Under the pieces are notes generated by a model that was not told the origin of the DNA, did no database searches, and saw only the letters and a list, made by a program, of their open reading frames with translations. Shown here piece by piece: positions 1 to 10,200 of a DNA stretch of 64,000 nt; positions within the stretch are counted from its first letter, which is position 1; each line of letters begins with the position of its first letter. The position numbers were made by a program, and so were the translations under genes. Origin of the DNA: a virus (taxonomy: Duplodnaviria; Caudoviricetes); IMG/VR virus record IMGVR_UViG_3300009092_000002, positions 12,504 to 76,503 of that record. One strand, 5' to 3'.

Positions 1-194
1 TGGGACGATCACCGGGCATCCACATGCCTGCATCCCGAAACTTGCGAAATTGCGTACAGGGTGGACAGTCGAGATTTGAGCCGGAGATGAACATGTCGCA
101 CATGCGCTGCGATTCAACGTGTTCCATGCAAGCCTCGAACTGTTCTCGCAGAAGCACGGTGACGAGTTCTACATCGCAGTGGGTCAGCGTGTGC

Positions 195-323
195 CTACCT
201 TCGCCTGCATCCTTTGACGACAAGTTCAACGACTGCAATTGGCGCGAGAAATGGAACCATCGCAGCAGAGTACGCGATTGCCACCAGCGTCCCACAAGTC
301 CAACCGGCGATGGCAAAGATCAT
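195..323 (-). CDS. Small hydrophobic/membrane protein
   Basis: ATG overlaps stop of upstream gene (ATGA); single hydrophobic segment, basic C-terminus. Confidence 0.4.
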   Translation of the reverse strand: MIFAIAGWTCGTLVAIAYSAAMVPFLAPIAVVELVVKGCRRR

Positions 324-763
324 TCCGCCGCCAGTGGCGTCCAGACCTTGGTCCTGTGGCCACCGAACCCGGTAATCGCGATCAGGACGCACCGTACGCC
401 GTCCGGGCTGGTCGCTATCGTGCCCAGTTGGACATTGCTTCCCTCGGACTGGTATTCGCCGTACTGATTGCGACTACCAAATTTGATCGTGCCAGGAGGG
501 GGAGTCAACGCCGCATTGTCATCCTTTGGCTTCGGGTCTGGCGGGGCAGTGAATCCGGCCGGTGGAATCGGTCTCGGGAGTGGCGTCAAGCGGGTGTCCC
601 TAATCGTGTTGTTGTCCCACCAGTTCGAGAGGTCGCGTAAGTAGTTCGCAATGAGAGCCGCACGCTGCGCTGCTGCCTTAAGCTTTAAATCGTTTGCAAT
701 CATCGCGTCGATTGTTTCGCTGCGGAAATCAATGCTTGCAAGAATTTCTGAAAGGTCTGCCAT
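320..763 (-). CDS. Hypothetical protein, Pro-rich centre
   Basis: AAGGAG RBS before ATG; same strand as the late operon. Confidence 0.7.
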   Translation of the reverse strand: MADLSEILASIDFRSETIDAMIANDLKLKAAAQRAALIANYLRDLSNWWDNNTIRDTRLTPLPRPIPPAGFTAPPDPKPKDDNAALTPPPGTIKFGSRNQYGEYQSEGSNVQLGTIATSPDGVRCVLIAITGFGGHRTKVWTPLAAE

Positions 764-795
764 ATTCTCCTTTTTCTGATAAACTGTTTTGCTGT

Positions 796-1074
796 ATGCA
801 AGCCACCGACATTCGTGAATATCTGCACAAGGCCGTCATCCTCGAAATCACCGATAGCGGCATCATCGCCATTCGGCGAAGAGGCAAGCCTTCAGAATGG
901 CTCGCCGCTCCGTTCTACAGCGTCGAGACTGAAGCCGAAGCCGCCGCGCTTCTCGCGGAGCTCGCCAGGAAGAGAGACGGGGAGTACGAATATCCCGGCT
1001 TCAGTAGCGGCACCGCCCCCGTTTCGTTTGTGACTGAGCAATTCCATCGCGAGTGGCTTGCTCAAAATACGTAG
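796..1074 (+). CDS. Hypothetical protein on the opposite strand to the late operon
   Basis: Fills the gap between minus-strand genes; protein-like composition; start at ATG 796 preferred over 694. Confidence 0.5.
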   Translation: MQATDIREYLHKAVILEITDSGIIAIRRRGKPSEWLAAPFYSVETEAEAAALLAELARKRDGEYEYPGFSSGTAPVSFVTEQFHREWLAQNT

Positions 1075-4000
1075 CGGTAAGGGTCGCCATTTGCAATCAC
1101 TGCGTTGCTTGAATTCAGGTACGCAATCTGAATCCATGCCCCTGCCATCCGCACGTCGGGAGAGACGGAGCATTGCGAGACGCCTGAACTTGAAGTGGTG
1201 ATCGTAGCTGCTCCGTTTGGTAAGGTTACGGTGCAACGCATTTTGTCGCCCCCTGTTGGAAAGGCTCCGTCGATCAAAAGCGCTTGCGTAACAGGAGCCA
1301 CAACCCCACCCAGGATATCCGCCATCGCGACAGAGGCATTCCCGGCTCCGTCCGACATACCGAGTTGCTTTCCGTAATCGCCATTGAAGTTCCCACCTCC
1401 GCACGGAACTGTGCCGCAGGAAGGCAGAACTTGCGCCAGATTCCCATGCCCGCCATCCGCTCCCTGCCATCCCGGATCGGTGGCGTTGTAGAACATTCCC
1501 GTGCTGGTAGAGCCGGTACCGGCGTATGGAGCGGATAGGGTCAGGCTCGTGTTGCTGGCGCAGGAAGCAACCAGGACGCGCTTCCAGGTTGGATTCAGTG
1601 ATGGATTGCCGGATCGTGAGTAGCTGTCGAAGGTGGCGCTGGTAACGCCATCGGCAACGGTAAGGTAGGTTGTGCCTGGGCAGGTTGAACCGTTTCCAAA
1701 TTGTGACAGGAAGGCGGTCCCGACGCCGCTTACCGCCGTACTGCTGGCGGTAACCGTGATCACGCCAGGAGCGTAGACGCTCGTTCCGGTTGGGGGAGTA
1801 GCAGGGGAGCCCGCGCCAGTCGAGCCGCCTCCAAGCTGCTTGTTCAGGTAGTACTTTGTGATGTCGCACCATGTACTGTTCCCGGTCATACGGCAAAGCC
1901 AGCCCGCCGATCCCGCCGCGTCCGCGCTCAGGTTGCGACCGCCGAAGAAGTCCTCGTTGCAGGTTGTGGAAAGGGACAGTGGACAAGTGGAAGGCGCATC
2001 CCGGTTGATGCCGAATGTGCCGATGCCGCTCCTCGTCGTCCCCGTATAATTACGGTCGAGCGTTAAATTCGTATCATTTGTAACTGTTGTCCGGTAGCAG
2101 CCTCGATTATCGCTGGTGATGTCCCAGATGCAGATGTGCGGGTAGGTGGATGGGAATTGCGTGGTGAAGTGAGTATTCGTTCCTACGACTGCCGTGGAGC
2201 CGCTTGTCACCGCAATTGTGCTGGGGTTGGAGAAACTGGCGCTATTGGTGAGCGTTGATCCGCTGTATCCGGTGCTCAGCGTCATATGGGTGTTGTCGGT
2301 AACCGTTGTCGTTGTGACCGTGACTCCACCGATAAGCGCAGAGCCTCCGTTCCAGAATTGCTTCGTGAAAATTGTGTTGACTCCGGTGACCGCTGTTGCT
2401 CCGTTCGCGACAGATAACGTCTGTCCTGCAAAATGACATCCCGGAGCACCTATCGCTGCGCAGGCTCCCGCCTGGTCACTGTTGTAGTCAAAGTAGGTCG
2501 GGTCCTCTCCGTTCGTGTCATTCGCGTACAGGACCGCCGCCAGAACTCCGCCGTCCGCTCCCCTCCCGAAGTCATAAATAAAGCGCGCCAAGCGGGGAAT
2601 CACCCCAGTACCCAAGCCTCCCGCCGTGTACAATTGTGCGGCGAGCGCTGTGTTATTACAGCCTGAAGCGTTCGCTAAGGCGTCGTATGCAGCGATGAGA
2701 GCGATGGCCGGGAGGCCGTTAGATCGCCAAGGGGAGGTCCCGTAAACTCCATTGATGGGTACGCTGGGGATTGTGATGTTATTGGTAAAAAGGCTCTCTG
2801 GATACATCCCGTAGTCAGTGGACGAGTATCCGGCCGGCGTGGCGATCCCATTGACCCAGATGTTGGTGACTTGATTCGCAAGCCGCGTGCACCATGTTGT
2901 CCCGTTCAGGCCGTGCGCCACACCGACCGAAGCGAGTAGCGCAGTGCCGCGCAGGGCATAGGAAGTCTCGCGCGGGTCGAACGATGTGACCGGAGACGAT
3001 GGGCTGAGCCCTCCGTCGAGGTTGGCCATATTGGTCACTACGCGCTCCATGCCAGCCCAATATCCAGTCGGCGCTGAGTAGGTCGGGTCTGATCCGCAGG
3101 CGATCAGCGCATGGGCCGGGGAGTTTCTCCCAAGCCCGAAAGCGTAACCTGAATCGGTAGACCAACGATACACGTTGTCGCAGAATGAATGGAACTGCGT
3201 TCGGTAGACGGTAAGCCCGGTGCTCGCGGCAAGGCGGCCGATTGCTAGTCCAGCTTCGTAGAATGGCAGGATTTTTGAATCCGCCGCACTCGTATTGTAG
3301 GGGTTGTACGTTGAGTTCATGCGACCCCAAGTCAATCCAGCGGGGAAAGCATTGGTTGGATTCGTAATGAAAAAGCTGGGCAGAACGGCGATCGTGTTGC
3401 CAGACTGCAAGCTGTTCACGTATCCGACGAATCTTCCGCGAAACGAGGCATCACCGTCAGCATCCCAGTTGATGCAAATTCTCGTGCCGACGTCGCCGCC
3501 GGAGAACGTGCCGCCGCTTAACTGGATCGCTACACCGCCATACGTGTTCGCCGTAATTTGCCCGCCGACAACTTGATTGATTCCGGTGCTTGGGATCTCA
3601 ACGGTCCCGGTTCCTGGAGTGCAGACAGGTGGGGTAGTGGAGACGGTGTACAGCCAATCCGATACGGCCGCAGAAGTGGCCGAGTGCCAGGGCCAGGATG
3701 ACGCACCGTTGCGGATGACATTTCCGATAGTTTTGGATTGCTCGTCGGTGCTGTTGATCACCACTCCGTTTGAGTCTGTCGCGACCACACCCACGGTCTG
3801 ATCGACAGAGGCAGTAGTTCCAGTCGCGTCGGAAACGGTGAGACGATAGACGTACTGCCCCCCGAGAGTTGGAGTGATCGTTGAGGTCACGCTCGTGCGG
3901 CTGGAGAATACGCTCTGCGCTGGGCCGGAAATCTGTTGCCAGAAATAGCTGGCAACCTCTCCGGTTCCAGGATATGAAAGCGATGTCGAAGTAGCGCCCG

Positions 4001-4697
4001 AAAATGACTGTCCCGCCATTGCGCGAATTACCATTTTGTAAGCCGTTAATCCCGTGATCGCGGCAGTCGGCGGGTAAAGCGTGCTATCGCTGAACGTCCC
4101 CGTCGCCGCCGTCATCGTGTAGCCGTTGGAGCTTCGGTCAACGAGTGAGTCTGCTTCGAAGATCCAATCGAATACCTGACCAGCCGTGACAGGAGCGTCC
4201 ACGGGGCAGGAGTGGCTAGTGTCAAGGGTATTGAATATTCTAAGAAAGCCAAGAGTTACGGTCGGCCCAAAAACCCAACCGCTCGCGCGGATAAAGTTTC
4301 CCCCACTCGTGATCGTCTTGACCGATATTGCATAATTCGCGCACGCCCCTGTCCATGTCTCAAGCGTATACGTCAGCCCGCTCGCATCCCTCTGCCAGCG
4401 ATACCGGACATCCTGCCCGTTTGTGAATGTCGCCGATGGAAGGCCTCCAGGCGCTCCGTCTGCGCCTTGACGGCAGGTAAGAATGATGCTCGCGTCAAAA
4501 TTGCAGTTGAAGTTTCCAGACAGCGAGTCGTCATTCAGGATATTCTTGGACGCGACGGCAGTAACTCTTCCCTCGACGCGATAGCTTGCAATCGTCGCGC
4601 CGGTGACCGTGGCGGTCGCTCCAGTTCCTCCTACGCTCAGAGAGCGCAGGGATTGGCCGTAGCAACAGGTTGCGGCGAGGATTAGCAGCAATCTCAT
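1062..4697 (-). CDS. 1211-aa multidomain virion-associated or exported protein (signal peptide, LamG/ConA-like, PKD-like, helical aromatic-rich domain, tail-fibre-type repeats)
   Basis: MRLLLILAATCCYGQ leader; PKD-like YFWQQISGP...YVYRLTVSD; three repeats of consensus I/LxVxxGSTAVxGxxTxFxxQF. Confidence 0.7.
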   Translation of the reverse strand: MRLLLILAATCCYGQSLRSLSVGGTGATATVTGATIASYRVEGRVTAVASKNILNDDSLSGNFNCNFDASIILTCRQGADGAPGGLPSATFTNGQDVRYRWQRDASGLTYTLETWTGACANYAISVKTITSGGNFIRASGWVFGPTVTLGFLRIFNTLDTSHSCPVDAPVTAGQVFDWIFEADSLVDRSSNGYTMTAATGTFSDSTLYPPTAAITGLTAYKMVIRAMAGQSFSGATSTSLSYPGTGEVASYFWQQISGPAQSVFSSRTSVTSTITPTLGGQYVYRLTVSDATGTTASVDQTVGVVATDSNGVVINSTDEQSKTIGNVIRNGASSWPWHSATSAAVSDWLYTVSTTPPVCTPGTGTVEIPSTGINQVVGGQITANTYGGVAIQLSGGTFSGGDVGTRICINWDADGDASFRGRFVGYVNSLQSGNTIAVLPSFFITNPTNAFPAGLTWGRMNSTYNPYNTSAADSKILPFYEAGLAIGRLAASTGLTVYRTQFHSFCDNVYRWSTDSGYAFGLGRNSPAHALIACGSDPTYSAPTGYWAGMERVVTNMANLDGGLSPSSPVTSFDPRETSYALRGTALLASVGVAHGLNGTTWCTRLANQVTNIWVNGIATPAGYSSTDYGMYPESLFTNNITIPSVPINGVYGTSPWRSNGLPAIALIAAYDALANASGCNNTALAAQLYTAGGLGTGVIPRLARFIYDFGRGADGGVLAAVLYANDTNGEDPTYFDYNSDQAGACAAIGAPGCHFAGQTLSVANGATAVTGVNTIFTKQFWNGGSALIGGVTVTTTTVTDNTHMTLSTGYSGSTLTNSASFSNPSTIAVTSGSTAVVGTNTHFTTQFPSTYPHICIWDITSDNRGCYRTTVTNDTNLTLDRNYTGTTRSGIGTFGINRDAPSTCPLSLSTTCNEDFFGGRNLSADAAGSAGWLCRMTGNSTWCDITKYYLNKQLGGGSTGAGSPATPPTGTSVYAPGVITVTASSTAVSGVGTAFLSQFGNGSTCPGTTYLTVADGVTSATFDSYSRSGNPSLNPTWKRVLVASCASNTSLTLSAPYAGTGSTSTGMFYNATDPGWQGADGGHGNLAQVLPSCGTVPCGGGNFNGDYGKQLGMSDGAGNASVAMADILGGVVAPVTQALLIDGAFPTGGDKMRCTVTLPNGAATITTSSSGVSQCSVSPDVRMAGAWIQIAYLNSSNAVIANGDPYRYVF

Positions 4698-6659
4698 TTA
4701 CAGGGTGACTCCAGTTTGCAAGTACCCGAATCCGCGCATGAGCATTGTCCGCGCCGATCCGGTGAGAGTCTTTAGCCACCACTGAACATGTTCGTTTTCG
4801 TTGGGCAGGTTAGTTGTAATAGTCTGCTCTGTTTCTCCGTTCACCGAAAAGCGCCAAGTCCCGGCTGTTGTAACCCGAATGCGTATCGTGTAAGTGGTGT
4901 TGGCGGCAACGGTGACCGTGCTGTCCGCCGAGGTACATGTGGATGAGGCGCAGGAGCGGAATTTGAATACCGTATCGCCGTCAGCGGTGTTGAAGGAGAC
5001 CCCTAGGCAATTGGCTGCCCCGTTGATGCAGTTAAGGCTACCATTCACAAAGCCGACATTAAACATGACGCTTGTGATCGTTCCAAGCCGCACAACATAC
5101 TGAACTTCAACGTTAGCTACGGTTGAAGGATTGACCGCCAACAATGTAGTGTTCGCCAGATGTGCGCGTGTAATATCGTTCGTGGTTCCGCCGGTTGTCA
5201 ACGTGACTTGGCAGCCTCCGCCGGTTATATTGCTTGCCGCAAGCGTTCCAGTACCAACGTCGTTTACGCCAGTCCATGAGAGACCACCGAAGTATTGGAG
5301 GTTGCTACCAGCCGCTTGGGCAGCCGTACAAAATGTGTCGCGCAGAATGATACTGGAAAAATCGAACGGATTTTGTGAAACGACAGCACTGGAGACGGAG
5401 ATACCGGAGCCTCCGGTGACTGACGTTCCCGATCCGCCTTGCAAGTTGAAAGCAGTCGCTCCCGAGTTTAGACAAATACGCCTTGATTGATTAGCCGTAA
5501 TGTCGCCAGCGGTCAACGCTCCTCCACTCGGAGACAGAACAGAGAGAGCGCCAAGCGTATCCATATTAATACTGAAGGTCGTCGTGTTGGCAGTGCTGGA
5601 ATTGAGCGTAAAGCAACCTCCTGCCGTATACGTGGTAAGCGTTGGAGTTAGCGTACAGGCACCCACTGTACTTCCATTCGTAGATCGGCAGTAGGTGGCC
5701 GCTCCCGACTGATCGTTAGCCAGCGATTGAATAACGGCGGTATCGGTCGCGACGGACAGTTGGTACTTGCCTGCGGGGTTTGAGCCCGTCAACGCAACGC
5801 CGGTGCCTGCTACGAAATTAGCCGTTCCTTCCGTCGCCGTCGTGGAGCCGGCGGTTTGCCAGATGGTGGTGCCTGCGCCTCCGCAAGATCCCGAGGTACC
5901 GTTCACCTTAACGCAATCCGTCGCTGTTCCCGATACCACCCCAGGCGTACCCGCGCTCCACGTTCCGACGCCGGTCAGCGATGTGAAGTTAATGGAGGCG
6001 TTCGGCCAGGTGTGCGTTTTGAGAGTGGAGGCGGGGCCGGAGATCGCAAAGAATCCGTTGCCGGTGCCACCGACCGCGCCAGTGAGAATACCGGCCGCGA
6101 TTGCCGCTGCGCTCAAAGTTCCGCCACCCGCAGTATTCTGGTGCGTATGGCCAGCTAGGGTGAAATCCGGCACCGTTGGTTGGCCGGTAAAGACCGGAGA
6201 AAGTAGCGGAGCCTTGAGACCAAGAGCGGTATTCAGGTCCGTCTGTGAACTCAGCGTGCCCGTGATGGAGCCCCAGGACCCACCTCCGCCGCCCCCTGCC
6301 GTCCCAAAGCTGTAGTAATTGACCCCATTGCTGCGAATACAGGTTCCCTGCGTGGTTGTGTTCCCAGCCCCGAGAACTAAGGTTGCATGACCGTCGATCG
6401 TACTTGTGGTTGGCGTGATCGTCACGGTTCCTGCCCCGATATTCGACCAGCAGGCCCACCAGCCGTATCCGAATCCGCTAGCAGCCGTAGCTTGCGGCAA
6501 AGTGTCGCTCATTGATCCAGCGTTCGAGCGAACGATTTGTTTCGTCCAGTCTGACGCAACCGCTGTATACGTCGTCCCGGTTTGCAGCTTGACGATGGAG
6601 CGATTTGGGAACTGCGCCGCGAGGGGGAGAGAGATCGCAAGCAGCAGAATGGTTTTCAT
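4698..6659 (-). CDS. Tail fibre/spike-like Gly/Thr-rich protein with signal peptide and ConA-like C-terminus
   Basis: MKTILLLAISLPLAAQ leader; SWGSITGTLSxQTDL tail-fibre motif; beta-rich C-terminal domain. Confidence 0.65.
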   Translation of the reverse strand: MKTILLLAISLPLAAQFPNRSIVKLQTGTTYTAVASDWTKQIVRSNAGSMSDTLPQATAASGFGYGWWACWSNIGAGTVTITPTTSTIDGHATLVLGAGNTTTQGTCIRSNGVNYYSFGTAGGGGGGSWGSITGTLSSQTDLNTALGLKAPLLSPVFTGQPTVPDFTLAGHTHQNTAGGGTLSAAAIAAGILTGAVGGTGNGFFAISGPASTLKTHTWPNASINFTSLTGVGTWSAGTPGVVSGTATDCVKVNGTSGSCGGAGTTIWQTAGSTTATEGTANFVAGTGVALTGSNPAGKYQLSVATDTAVIQSLANDQSGAATYCRSTNGSTVGACTLTPTLTTYTAGGCFTLNSSTANTTTFSINMDTLGALSVLSPSGGALTAGDITANQSRRICLNSGATAFNLQGGSGTSVTGGSGISVSSAVVSQNPFDFSSIILRDTFCTAAQAAGSNLQYFGGLSWTGVNDVGTGTLAASNITGGGCQVTLTTGGTTNDITRAHLANTTLLAVNPSTVANVEVQYVVRLGTITSVMFNVGFVNGSLNCINGAANCLGVSFNTADGDTVFKFRSCASSTCTSADSTVTVAANTTYTIRIRVTTAGTWRFSVNGETEQTITTNLPNENEHVQWWLKTLTGSARTMLMRGFGYLQTGVTL

Positions 6660-6664
6660 TTGAT

Positions 6665-7189
6665 TTACTGGTAATCCAAAGTGGCCCTATCCGCACAGAC
6701 TTGTCCGTAAGGACGACCGCCGACTGCGGTTTGAACGGATTGCAGTAACGCGCTTACAGTTCTGAATTTTTTGACTTTCCAAATGCCCGCCGTGTCGCGC
6801 GGGGCCGTAGTCATTATTCGGAGTGTTGATTCGGTATAGGTGGCGTCAGAAACGCTAGCGCTGGCGTATGTAAATGTCGTCGTGCTGGGAACCGTTAGGA
6901 TGATGAACGTGCCGTTGATGTCGGTGTCCACGGTTCCTCCAGAAACGGTCACCTTGTTGCCAATTTGTAAGCCATGCGCCGTTGATGTGGTAGCGGTGCC
7001 CGTGTTCGACGAGTCAACGATATTCGTTAGCGTGGAATTGTTGCGCGACCAGTAGAAGGCGGGCTGGATTGCCGGCGCTTCGCAGGTATACTCTAGGTCC
7101 GTGCCAGAGTAGAAAAACAATGTTGTAAGAGCGGTCTGTGCTCCGAGAGCAAGCGCAAGGGTGATTACAATCGCGAACACTTTTCTCAT
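6665..7189 (-). CDS. Structural/exported protein with signal peptide and beta-barrel-like segment (ATTSTAHGLQIGNKVTVSG)
   Basis: ORF track; motif common in phage structural proteins. Confidence 0.6.
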   Translation of the reverse strand: MRKVFAIVITLALALGAQTALTTLFFYSGTDLEYTCEAPAIQPAFYWSRNNSTLTNIVDSSNTGTATTSTAHGLQIGNKVTVSGGTVDTDINGTFIILTVPSTTTFTYASASVSDATYTESTLRIMTTAPRDTAGIWKVKKFRTVSALLQSVQTAVGGRPYGQVCADRATLDYQ

Positions 7190-7204
7190 GGTTCTCCTCT
7201 GGAT

Positions 7205-10200
7205 CTACGGCCTAGCGGCGATCTCGGCTTCGATGCCTTCTATTACACTCGGCGTGATGATCTTCTTGTCGATCCAATCCTGAAAGATACGGGATCGCTC
7301 TGCAGGCGGAATGTCCGTTAGCTTCTGAACGATAAATCTGGCGCGAGTTTTCACGGGCGAAGTTCGGATATGCGCTTCGAATCTGGAGAGATCCGAATTC
7401 TGGCGCTCGATGATCTTCTCAATGGCTCCCAACGTCTCATCGTCTAACTTCATTTCGCGTACTCGCTTGCCGCGCTCTGCTGGCGGGATTCCCGAGAGTT
7501 CCGCATACAGCGTCTGCGCTTTCCTGGCTAGCGCTACGTTCTCATCGGTGACGGCGGTCTCGACCTGCTTGAGGTCGTCGAATCGCTGGGTTTCTTGTTC
7601 TCCGCCGTGAGCGCCAGAGAATCGACCCGATATTTGCTTGCCCGCAGTAGATGGGCTGGAGATTTGACGACCCAAACCTCCGAACTGCGTTGCTACGGCG
7701 TTCTGGATCTTCATCGGCGACACCCCAGTAAGTTCCCCTGCCTTTACGAATCCGCTTGGAGTGTCTGCGGTGTACTGGTTCTCCGGAGAAGCCTTTGTTA
7801 GATCACCATAGGGGCCACGTGTCGGAACTATCTCGCGATCGGTGTACAGATTTTTATTGGTGATTCCCTCAACGCCGGCCTTGACTAGCGGGGGAAGAGT
7901 TCCGCTCGCTACGGCGCCACCAGAGAACTTGCCATTCCTCTCGAACGGTACCGGCGATAGGTCGCTGAGTACTTGTGTTGCGAGCACATCGAGAGCCTTT
8001 GGATTGTTTTTGTCGAGGTAGGATAGGAAGTTTTCCAGCGGATTTCCGAATGCCTTGGCGTCGCCTTTGGGAAGCTTGATAACTTGGGTATAGTTGCCTT
8101 TTTCGTCTTTGGCGTCACCGTAGATGATGAGGAAATTGGCGTCCTTCTCGTACTGCGAAATGTCGTCCCACACGTCCTTATGGTTCCGCGTGTTGTTCAG
8201 GTAGGTGGCAACGACCGGAGCGCCGACAATGGCAGCCAAGCCAAGCGCCGCGCGTTTCGGCTGGCCCTTGATCGCTCCCAGCATATTAACCGTGCCCTGC
8301 GTGCGTGCATTGAGGAACGGAACCCACTGGTTGACGATCTTTAAGGTCGTGCCGGATTTAGCAAAGTCCACCGTAGCGTTGCGGGAGTTGAACGCTGCTT
8401 CCGTCTCCGAAAGCCCCTGCCGAAGCGCGCGTTTGTAAACCCCGAGACGCGGAGCCATCTCGATATGCTCCGCCGAGTACCGCAAGAGTTCTACCGGATT
8501 TAGGATCGTCTTGGCCGCCTTCAGGCTGAGCGGCTGCGTCAACTGTCGCGCTGCCGAGGGAAGTGCTTTTTGGCTGCCGAAGTAGCCGCTGAAGGAAGCG
8601 CCACTCTCCATGTAGGATTGAAAATCTTTCCCGTGATTGACGGATTCGGCAAACCCGCGAATCCAGTCCGCTGGCGTGAAACCAACCTTGGAGACGATGG
8701 TGGCAGTCTGGAAGTCACGCACGGCGTTCGCCGGGATGAAGGCCACGTTCAGGGAAGTCGCGCCAGCCCTGAGCGCCGCGGCGCTCTTTGACGCCCATTT
8801 GGTGATGAGATCGGCGCTTTCTGTGGTCATCCCCTTGAGCGCCTTGCCTACATTCTTCGGAACGGCGTACTCGTATTTCACGCCGTTGCGAAGTACGGCC
8901 ATCTTGTCCATGCCAGCCGGGACAAAGCCGCCTTTTCCTACAGGTTCGACGATTCCCTTAAACTGCGGATCGGTTGCCAGCGAAGCCACCTTTTCGGCTA
9001 CCTTATTTCGCTCGATCAGGCTGATTGTTTTGGCTGTGCGCCGGATGATGGATTCAACGGGATCGGCAATTGCCTTCTCGCTGCCGGAAATGGCCTTGAT
9101 GACCTTTTGCGCCGGGACGTTGAATGAGTTCGAGCCGTGCGGCATCTGATCGACCGAATCGGCGAGGTACTCCAGGCGCTCGAATGGGATGTACTTCTGA
9201 TTCTTTGTAAGAATAGACTGGTAGGCTTTTTGTCCGATCAGCCCAGCGTCGGCCGCTTCCTTTAGGATGCCGTTGCTGTAGTCGCGGACGCCTTGCGCCA
9301 AACGTTTTACCTCTGCCACCTTCTGCGGCCCCAGTCGGGCCTCCATCGCCGCGAGTTCTGCTTGGACGTTGGCAACTGTCTTTCCACCGGGGATTTTGTA
9401 GGTCGCCGCAAGATCCGGCCTGGAGCCGAGTTCGACGTGGCGCTCCAATGTCATGTAGTCGGTCGCGTCGCGGAGCAGTCCCGGCCGGCGACCGATAGCC
9501 GACTCCCAGAAGCCGCCCTTGGGTAGAATGTTGGCGAGTTGATCTAGGCGGTTTTGGATCTTTCCGTAATGGCCTGCGTAGTTGCGTGCGGCGACGTAAG
9601 GGTCGGAGTCCACTGTTAGTTTTTTGTCTTTGACTAAATGGCGCAGTGGGGCGAGGCGGTCGAGGAGTTGAGTCTCAAGGTCGATAGCTTTTTCCCGGAT
9701 AGCTTGCGCATTGATGGTGATGGAACCGCGTTCGGGATTTCGGAAGGCTGCATCGAATGCTTCCTTTGGCGTAGACCTGCCGAATATGCTTTCCGTACCG
9801 TTATCGAATCCCTCTGTTGCATACTGCCGAACGGCCTTGGTAAGAGCGGTCGGCGTCATGTCGCGTAGCGCAGTAGCCAATCGAACGGCTTCGTCCGAGA
9901 ATTCAGGTGCGCCACCGAACATGTCTTCCTGCCTAACTGCGTCAGAAATTGTCTTCAATCCGTGAGCACGGGCATACTCCAGAAGATTCAGAGACTCACG
10001 CAACTTGGGAGCTAGGTCCCATTCCGGATTCCCCTTGGTTGTCATCGCCGGAGCCGCGATGCGCTCCAGCTTGTTCCTTAAGGATGGCTCTGCCCTTTGC
10101 ATCTGGTCGCTGTCGGCAAAGAAGTCTCCGAGGAGCATCTTGGAGATTCGCTCTTTCGCGTGCGCCGTCACTGCTCCGGTGCGTGCGTCCACCAGCTTTG

